Source of the DNA: a virus
Virus record (IMG/VR): IMGVR_UViG_3300045988_070385
Strand: one strand, 5' to 3'
Length of the DNA stretch: 28,859 bases
The notes under the pieces: model-generated
Databases searched by the model: none
Told to the model about the DNA's origin: nothing
Seen by the model: the letters and a program-made list of their open reading frames with translations, nothing else
Shown: positions 24,049-28,859 of the stretch, piece by piece
How the letters are laid out: every line of letters begins with the position of its first letter
How positions within the stretch are numbered: the stretch's first letter is position 1
Position numbers and translations under genes: made by a program

Positions 24049-24191
24049 TTCTTTGCTCCTTTGCGGTAGGTGTAGAGTGCCGCCAACATGCACGCGACAC
24101 CGATAATATTAATTAAGTTCATGTTTTCGTTCGCGGATAGCACGATTCCGAAGAGAAAGAGTATCGCTACGAATCCGTCTGTTTTCTTCAT
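24045..24191 (-). CDS. small membrane protein, 48 aa (driven by promoter module E)
   Basis: MKKTDGFVAILFLFGIVLSANENMNLINIIGVACMLAALYTYRKGAKK, with two hydrophobic spans. The ATG directly follows module E. Confidence 0.5.
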   Translation of the reverse strand: MKKTDGFVAILFLFGIVLSANENMNLINIIGVACMLAALYTYRKGAKK

Positions 24192-24254
24192 TTTATTGTC
24201 CTTCCTTGTTTGGTTGATAATTACATAATACACTATTTGCGGACACGGCACGCC
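24192..24254 (-). promoter_or_regulatory. conserved promoter/5'UTR module, copy E (variant CGGCGTGCCG)
   Basis: Minus strand reads CGGCGTGCCG-N14-GTATTATGTAATTATCAACCAAACAAGGAAGGACAATAAA-ATG. It lies immediately downstream of a U-tract terminator. Confidence 0.55.
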
Positions 24255-24255
24255 G

Positions 24256-24299
24256 AAAATAAAAAAAGGGAACCAACGAAATTCATTCGTAGATTCCCC
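24256..24299 (-). terminator. Rho-independent terminator (minus strand)
   Basis: Minus strand reads GGGGAATCTACGAATGAATTTCGTTGGTTCCC (GGGAA/TTCCC and ACGAA/TTCGT pairings) followed by TTTTTTTATTTT. It starts 6 nt after the stop at 24305. Confidence 0.7.
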
Positions 24300-24304
24300 T
24301 TTTA

Positions 24305-24586
24305 TCAGCGAGAGCAATACGCTAAGCACTGCACCTCAAGCTCATCCACATAACGATAACACACACCGTCAAACACGAAAAAAGGCGCGCTAGAATACTT
24401 GTGAGCCTTGCGCAGTGTCCAATATCGGCTATTGCCCGGCTGGACGACCATTAGAGCAAGCATCACGCCGGTTTTCTTTTTGATTCGCACCGTCATTTTC
24501 CGTAGTTCGTCAATCAACTCACGGTGTTTGCATCCCGCGCAATCATCAAACACCGCGTAGATCACACGTCGTGAAATGCTCACCAC
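24305..24586 (-). CDS. thioredoxin/glutaredoxin-fold protein (CAGC redox motif)
   Basis: VIYAVFDDCAGCKH (CxxC after a beta-strand) and a later PFFVFDG motif, as in NrdH/glutaredoxin-like proteins. The GTG start overlaps the upstream stop, and a GGAGGTG SD is present. Confidence 0.45.
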   Translation of the reverse strand: MVSISRRVIYAVFDDCAGCKHRELIDELRKMTVRIKKKTGVMLALMVVQPGNSRYWTLRKAHKYSSAPFFVFDGVCYRYVDELEVQCLAYCSR

Positions 24587-25467
24587 TCAACACCTCCCAG
24601 TTTTTGCAGTTCGTCAATGAGATGCAACGTCTGCAATTCTTTTGTCTCCTGTGCTTCGATTTCACTTGCAACACTCCGCCGCTCTACCGCGAACACCTCA
24701 TGTTGCAAACTGCCATAAACCCGGTCGTCAAACATGATGAAGAAAACCGTCTGCAAGTCTGGGTTGACGACGAAATACTGTAACACTTGCGTCTGATACT
24801 GCTCTGGGATGAAGTCGAACTCTCGACGCGGTTCAAGAACCTCCGGGAACAGTTTGAGAGACAACGAATACAATTCGGCTCGTTGGTCGTCTGACGTTTC
24901 CGAATCGTTGAGCATCTGGAACACGCGGAACGGAATTACCGTCTGCAAATGGTATTTCGTGCCCAGGCTTTTCGCTTCGAACGCGAACGTTGGCGGGTAT
25001 GGGATGCCGTTAATGTCGATTTGCGGCTTGGCGTAAGCGTCGGGGCTGACCGCAATTCGGTCATCCGCATTGCTCACCCACATTCCGGCATCGAACTCGA
25101 CAATTTCGGGGGAAATGTCAAGTTTATCGCACGCCATCATGATATTGGTGTTTTCCAATCGGTGGCCGCGTTCCATTGGCGGTTCCCCGTCCGGCTGTTC
25201 CGCAATCATATCGGCAAGCAACTGCCAGAAATCGAGGTTGACTTTCAACCGTTCGTTATCTCGTTTGGCTTGTTCGGCTTTCTCTCTGTATTCTTCGGCC
25301 TTTTCTTCGGTCTTTGCTTTGTCTGCCATGGCTTCGAGCTTGGATACGTCCTTTTGGGCGTAATGTTCGAGGGAGAGTGTTCCGGCTTTGGTGCCAGTGA
25401 TTTTGCCTATTCGCGCGTCTAACCATGCTTGCGTATCCTGTGCTTGGGAAACGTTTAAAATCTTCAT
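24580..25467 (-). CDS. YqaJ-type (lambda Exo-like, PD-(D/E)XK) recombination exonuclease
   Basis: N-terminal W.DARIGKITGTKAG motif, then GHRLEN, VSPDAY and FEAK catalytic-type motifs. SD AAGGAAGGAAAA. Contains a Lys/Glu-rich insertion (KLEAMADKAKTEEKAEEYREKAEQAKRDNERLK). Confidence 0.75.
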   Translation of the reverse strand: MKILNVSQAQDTQAWLDARIGKITGTKAGTLSLEHYAQKDVSKLEAMADKAKTEEKAEEYREKAEQAKRDNERLKVNLDFWQLLADMIAEQPDGEPPMERGHRLENTNIMMACDKLDISPEIVEFDAGMWVSNADDRIAVSPDAYAKPQIDINGIPYPPTFAFEAKSLGTKYHLQTVIPFRVFQMLNDSETSDDQRAELYSLSLKLFPEVLEPRREFDFIPEQYQTQVLQYFVVNPDLQTVFFIMFDDRVYGSLQHEVFAVERRSVASEIEAQETKELQTLHLIDELQKLGGVEW

Positions 25468-25468
25468 T

Positions 25469-25876
25469 TTAGTTTTCCTTCCTTACCGGTAATCCGTCTT
25501 CCGTGGTGGCGAGCATGTATGCTTTCAGCAGTGTGTCCGCTATTTTTTGACGTCGTGCGGGGGGAATACGCCGGAACTTGGTTTCCCAATGCGCGACCTG
25601 ACATTGCCGTACCCCGTACATTTGCGCCATTTCCCTTTGGCTGATACCGAACACGTTGCGTAGATATTTCAACCGTTCGCTATCGTCCAATGAGTCAAGA
25701 TACGTATTCCGATTGTTGACGGTACGCAGGTTATTCTCATGGTCGATGGTGAATAGGTTGCCGTTTTTTGACTGGATCAATTGCGCGTAAATGTCTTCTT
25801 TAATCCTGTATTCTCTGTCCCCGGCGACGGTTTTGAACGTGATGGGCATGGCACCCGGCCATAGCGTGAGTCTCAT
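25469..25876 (-). CDS. XRE-family HTH protein (HTH in the C-terminal half)
   Basis: LRNVFGISQREMAQMYGVRQCQVAHWETKFRRIP matches the Cro/C1-type HTH pattern. AAGAGGA SD and ATGA overlap with the upstream gene. Confidence 0.65.
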   Translation of the reverse strand: MRLTLWPGAMPITFKTVAGDREYRIKEDIYAQLIQSKNGNLFTIDHENNLRTVNNRNTYLDSLDDSERLKYLRNVFGISQREMAQMYGVRQCQVAHWETKFRRIPPARRQKIADTLLKAYMLATTEDGLPVRKEN

Positions 25877-26145
25877 TTATCCTCTTTCTCTTCGTCGTAG
25901 TGGACGTAGGCGATTCCGTTACCAGTTTTGAATTGTCCTCTTACGATGTTTTTGTAAATCGTCGGTTCGATTCCAGCCAAGTAGAGCAAGTCTAGTGCGT
26001 CTTCTCTGGAATTTGGGTAGATTGCGATCTGCGGCGTGTAGTCTTTCAACTCAATGTCCGGCGACTCCGCGGCCACTTCGTCAAGCTGGGCTAGCGTCTC
26101 TCTGAGGAATCTGACGTATTGGCCGAGGGTTATTGTGTCTTTCAT
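25873..26145 (-). CDS. hypothetical protein, 90 aa (first gene after hairpin H3)
   Basis: ATG 26145 is preceded by AAAAGGAATAATA, 21 nt from hairpin H3. The longer ORF-track version runs through the hairpin. Confidence 0.55.
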   Translation of the reverse strand: MKDTITLGQYVRFLRETLAQLDEVAAESPDIELKDYTPQIAIYPNSREDALDLLYLAGIEPTIYKNIVRGQFKTGNGIAYVHYDEEKEDK

Positions 26146-26166
26146 TATTATTCCTTTTCGGTGGGG

Positions 26167-26188
26167 GCCCCGCCCTTGCGGGCGGGGC
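26167..26188 (-). repeat. conserved GC hairpin H3, copy 3 of 4
   Basis: The same 22-nt core as the other copies. It lies 7 nt after the stop at 26196 and 21 nt before the ATG at 26145. Confidence 0.85.
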
Positions 26189-26195
26189 GGGGGGG

Positions 26196-26399
26196 TTATT
26201 CTCCAACGATTTCCGCGAACTTGCCGGTGAGCCACTTGAGATATTCTTTTCTGGTGGCGAATTTGCCGTACGCGTGTGGTGTCTCGCAGTATTCGCCTGT
26301 TGCGTTCTCATTCCACCATGTTTCGACGTCTACCGTGCCGTCCTCGTTGGTGGTGGCCTTGATGTTGTATCCCTTGAAGCAATTGGTTTCGGTGGTCAT
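26196..26399 (-). CDS. cassette small ORF 3, 67-aa hypothetical protein
   Basis: The ATG directly follows module C, and the ORF is followed by hairpin H3. Confidence 0.6.
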   Translation of the reverse strand: MTTETNCFKGYNIKATTNEDGTVDVETWWNENATGEYCETPHAYGKFATRKEYLKWLTGKFAEIVGE

Positions 26400-26460
26400 T
26401 TTGTTTGTCCTTTCGTTTGTTGGTAATTAAATATTACCACATGTGGGGACGCGACACGCC
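26400..26460 (-). promoter_or_regulatory. conserved promoter/5'UTR module, copy C
   Basis: Minus strand reads CGGCGTGTCG-N14-GTAATATTTAATTACCAACAAACGAAAGGACAAACAAA-ATG. The -10 is TAATAT, preceded by TGG. Confidence 0.6.
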
Positions 26461-26463
26461 GGA

Positions 26464-26631
26464 CTAGACCCAAGACATGACAATAAACCCCATTCCAGCA
26501 AGACCGATAAGGAGAGTAGTCAATGTGAGAAGGACCATAAAATTATCCTCCCACTGAAATGCAATCCACAAAGCGACAGCGGAAACAATCGTAAGCTCCA
26601 AGAAACCGACGAATATGGCAATCCTTTTCAC
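26464..26631 (-). CDS. small two-span membrane protein, 55 aa
   Basis: Translated by eye: VKRIAIFVGFLELTIVSAVALWIAFQWEDNFMVLLTLTTLLIGLAGMGFIVMSWV. The GTG start overlaps the ERF stop (GTGA). Confidence 0.4.
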   Translation of the reverse strand: MKRIAIFVGFLELTIVSAVALWIAFQWEDNFMVLLTLTTLLIGLAGMGFIVMSWV

Positions 26632-27224
26632 TTGGCACCACCCTTGCTGATGGCTTCGCGCAAGAGTCTCACGTCATGCTCCGTCAAGTCCTGCGGCCTA
26701 CGCACCTGATGACCGAATTGATCACTCAACGCGTTGACGTAAAAACCGAGATTCGTTCCAGCCGCCTGCGCCAATTGGTTAAGCTCGTTGACTTCCTGTG
26801 CGGTGGCCTTGTGTTCCTGTGGAGTGGCGGAATAGTCGCGCATTGCCGCCCCGTCATCATCCTTGTCCGGGAAAATACCAAGAACAGCATAGAGCGAATA
26901 GCGTCGAGCGTAAGTGACTGCGGAGCCGTTGGCTTGAGGGTCAGGCACGATCAAGAACGGGTACGAGCCAACCGTAATGTTTTCATCTTCGTCGAAAATG
27001 ATTGTTTCAACCTGCCCGTACGACGTGTTTCCAGCCGATACAGCCCAGCGGACTTCTTGCCTGAACGCGCAACCATTTTGTGCGAAAATCGGTTTAATTG
27101 TTTTGAGGATGGTTGCTAAGTTCAAATACTGGTATGTGCGTTTCCCTGCATTGGCAGTGAGGTCGGTCACGAAGTTGGGGACTTCGTTCAGGACTTTCAT
27201 ATATTTTGCGTTTAGGTTGCTCAT
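26628..27224 (-). CDS. ERF-family single-strand annealing protein
   Basis: YQYLNLATILKTIKPIFAQNG ... GSAVTYARRYSLYAVLGIFPDKDDDG is the ERF signature. GAAAGGAA SD before ATG 27224; the ORF-track TTG at 27239 lies inside the SD region. Confidence 0.8.
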   Translation of the reverse strand: MSNLNAKYMKVLNEVPNFVTDLTANAGKRTYQYLNLATILKTIKPIFAQNGCAFRQEVRWAVSAGNTSYGQVETIIFDEDENITVGSYPFLIVPDPQANGSAVTYARRYSLYAVLGIFPDKDDDGAAMRDYSATPQEHKATAQEVNELNQLAQAAGTNLGFYVNALSDQFGHQVRRPQDLTEHDVRLLREAISKGGAK

Positions 27225-27245
27225 TGTGGTTCCTTTCAATTGGGT

Positions 27246-27267
27246 GCCCCGCCCTTGCGGGCGGGGC
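27246..27267 (-). repeat. conserved GC hairpin H2, copy 2 of 4
   Basis: The same 22-nt core as the other copies. It lies 9 nt after the stop at 27277 and 21 nt before the ATG at 27224. Confidence 0.85.
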
Positions 27268-27276
27268 GGGGTGGGT

Positions 27277-27471
27277 TTAGAGTGCGTGTTCCTTGAGTAG
27301 TTCGGTGAACTCGTCGGTGTCTACCTGTTCATAATCGGTGTAGCCGTTCATGTCGCAGATGGTGCGGAGGTCTTTCGCGGCTCCGTAGGTGTCCCAATTA
27401 CCATCATCCTGTCCGCTGTTTTCAAGGTAGCTGATGATGTAGGCTTCTGCTGTACTGAGGTTGATTTCCAT
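27277..27471 (-). CDS. cassette small ORF 2, strongly acidic 64-aa protein
   Basis: MEINLSTAEAYIISYLENSGQDDGNWDTYGAAKDLRTICDMNGYTDYEQVDTDEFTELLKEHAL has 15 Asp/Glu against 3 Lys/Arg. The ATG directly follows module B, and the ORF is followed by hairpin H2. Confidence 0.6.
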   Translation of the reverse strand: MEINLSTAEAYIISYLENSGQDDGNWDTYGAAKDLRTICDMNGYTDYEQVDTDEFTELLKEHAL

Positions 27472-27532
27472 TTTGTTTGTCCTTTCGTTTGTTGGTAATT
27501 ACATAATACATCATTGTTGAGTACGACACGCC
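27472..27532 (-). promoter_or_regulatory. conserved promoter/5'UTR module, copy B
   Basis: Minus strand reads CGGCGTGTCG-N14-GTATTATGTAATTACCAACAAACGAAAGGACAAACAAA-ATG. Confidence 0.6.
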
Positions 27533-27954
27533 GAACGCGGTAGAATCTCGCCCAACCGACTCAACCCCCGCGCGCTCTCAAGACCACGGAACCGTTTAGC
27601 TGATTGCGCGGACTCTTCCAAACCGCGCCCACTCAACCGTTTCCGCCGATACTCCCAACTCGCCTCACCCTCAATGCCCAGTGCGCGCATTTCACGCGTA
27701 ATGTCGGCTTCGGAAGGCTTATGGTCACGTTTCCATCTGCACCAAAACGCATTGAGATCGGCGGGCATGAGATACGGACGCTTCTTCGCATATTCCGGGC
27801 TTGCGAAAAATTGGCGTATGGCTTCTTTCGCCACGTCCAATCGCATGTCCTGCGCTAACGCTTCCGTCCATGCGGCCACCTGGATATCGGTCACAAGACG
27901 ATTATCAAAAGCGCTGGCATAGGTTAGGAGCGCCTGCACCTGCAACTTGTTCAT
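27511..27954 (-). CDS. hypothetical protein, 147 aa
   Basis: AAGGATGG SD and ATGA overlap with the upstream gene. The C-terminal ...PRSACRTQQ is encoded by promoter-module DNA. No confident motif. Confidence 0.55.
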   Translation of the reverse strand: MNKLQVQALLTYASAFDNRLVTDIQVAAWTEALAQDMRLDVAKEAIRQFFASPEYAKKRPYLMPADLNAFWCRWKRDHKPSEADITREMRALGIEGEASWEYRRKRLSGRGLEESAQSAKRFRGLESARGLSRLGEILPRSACRTQQ

Positions 27955-28364
27955 TTCAATCCATCCTTACATTCCGCTTGCATCATTTTCACGATTCGCA
28001 ACATGTTTTGCAAATCACCTTTACGCAGGTATATCCAGAAAAAGCCTTCACGGTAGGTCACAGCGCGCCTAGCAATATCAAACAGGTTGTCCATGTAGAG
28101 ACAGCACTTCCCCACTTGCATGAGATTGTGCGCGTCCAATGGTTCGCCATCGATTTGCAAGCGGCATTTCTCTCCATTGTCGATAGCCCTCTGTAGATAC
28201 CATTCCGCTTTCTGCAAGTCTTCGAGTGGGCGCCCCTTAAGTCGGTGCCGCCACACGTATTTTATCGCGTTACCTACGCAAAAGCTGTGATATTGCGCGA
28301 CTTCAATGCATTCGCAAGGCTTCGTGTTGTCGGCGTAGTGTGCTGGATGATTGATAGTGTTCAT
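27951..28364 (-). CDS. DUF3310 / SaV-like phage protein
   Basis: The N-terminal INHPAHY...CECIEV...GNAIKYVWRHRLKG...DLQKAEWYL matches the DUF3310 pattern as I recall it. AAGGGAG SD and ATGA overlap with the MTase stop. Confidence 0.55.
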   Translation of the reverse strand: MNTINHPAHYADNTKPCECIEVAQYHSFCVGNAIKYVWRHRLKGRPLEDLQKAEWYLQRAIDNGEKCRLQIDGEPLDAHNLMQVGKCCLYMDNLFDIARRAVTYREGFFWIYLRKGDLQNMLRIVKMMQAECKDGLK

Positions 28365-28852
28365 TTTGCTCCCTTTGATATGGTTTCAATTCTTCTCCCA
28401 AGCCAACGCATAACCGGCACTGCCATGGAATTACCTAACACGCCGATTCGCTCACGGTACCTCAGACAGTCAGTCCATCCAGGCGGGAACCCCTGGAGCG
28501 CTTCGCACTCTTCAGCAGTAAGCCGCCTGAAAGGATACACGCCACCCCAAACGTAGGGCGGGTCATTGCGATTATGGCGAAGCAATGTCGGGCAAGCGTC
28601 GCTCATTGTTGGCGCAGAAGATTGCGTGTCTATGCGGCATTGGACTTTATTACTTCCTGACAAGCGTCCCTCAAGCCTGCTGGCTCGGAGAGCTTCGGCC
28701 TTTTGTCCAGCCTTGCAAGTATCCCCCTGCAAGCTTGCACTGTCATAAAGCACGTTGACGGCACGTCTCCAGTCGTGAGTATTGATGACAAGGAAGATTC
28801 TTTTACGTCGTTGGGGTACTCCGAAGTATTGAGCGTCAAGCACTCGCCATGC
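28361..28852 (-). CDS. DNA (cytosine-5)-methyltransferase, C-terminal segment (motifs VIII-X), continues from 32..475 across the circular junction
   Basis: AWRVLDAQYFGVPQRRKRIFLV (motif VIII), a variable target-recognition region, TAEECEALQGFP (motif IX) and LGNSMAVPVMRWLG (motif X). This frame is +1 relative to the N-terminal segment at the G8 tract (28852..28859, equivalent to 48..55). Confidence 0.85.
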   Translation of the reverse strand, partial: AWRVLDAQYFGVPQRRKRIFLVINTHDWRRAVNVLYDSASLQGDTCKAGQKAEALRASRLEGRLSGSNKVQCRIDTQSSAPTMSDACPTLLRHNRNDPPYVWGGVYPFRRLTAEECEALQGFPPGWTDCLRYRERIGVLGNSMAVPVMRWLGRRIETISKGAK

Positions 28853-28859
28853 CCCCCCC
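28805..28859. repeat. 55-nt terminal overlap, identical to 1..55
   Basis: See the feature at 1..55. Confidence 0.9.

Noticed and set aside
25469-25876. The XRE HTH protein, together with the excisionase-type HTH (2247..2426), considered as evidence for a lysogeny module.
   Set aside because: No integrase, attP-like site or CI/Cro divergent pair adjoins either gene. HTH proteins alone are common early regulators in lytic phages.
913-27267. The four identical 22-nt repeats considered as a CRISPR array.
   Set aside because: The copies are 1-3 kb apart with genes between them, not separated by regular 30-40 nt spacers. They are perfect palindromes sitting in intergenic RBS contexts, and no cas genes are present.

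Overview
The window is a complete tailed-phage (siphovirus-like) genome, not a chromosomal fragment. Bases 1..55 are identical to 28805..28859, and this overlap lies inside one gene, a C5 DNA methyltransferase. The molecule therefore closes into a circle or circular permutation with 28,804 bp of unique sequence. There are two convergent arms. The rightward arm (about 2247..22287, + strand) encodes an excisionase-type HTH, SSB, RusA, a putative small terminase, an island of two tRNAs plus one tRNA-like gene, and the large terminase. It continues with a portal-MuF fusion, a Com-like zinc ribbon, a prohead protease-major capsid fusion, head-tail joining genes, major tail protein, two chaperone ORFs, tape measure, Dit, Tal and a putative receptor-binding protein. 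It ends with a lysis cassette: a signal-peptide GH25 endolysin with two LysM repeats, plus a holin. The leftward arm (2053 down through the junction to 22382, - strand) encodes a replisome-organizer-like protein, the C5 methyltransferase, a DUF3310/SaV-like protein, an ERF annealase, an XRE HTH protein, a YqaJ-type exonuclease, a thioredoxin-fold protein, an HNH endonuclease and many small ORFs. I recognise no integrase or CI-like lysogeny module. The most unusual signal is in the leftward arm. A roughly 60-nt promoter/5'UTR module (CGGCGTGTCG-N14-GTATTAT...AAAGGACAAACAAAATG) occurs five times. An identical 22-nt all-G:C hairpin with a GCAA loop on the sense strand occurs four times. Together they bracket four apparently unrelated small ORFs (three net-acidic, one mixed-charge) in the same promoter-ORF-hairpin-RBS syntax. 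Other points worth a second look are a G8 homopolymer that frameshifts the methyltransferase exactly at the assembly junction, a tRNA-like gene whose anticodon loop is replaced by a cUUCGg hairpin, and a divergent control region with operator-like repeats and a probably leaderless first gene. All functional calls rest on motif recognition by eye; no database search or folding program was run.
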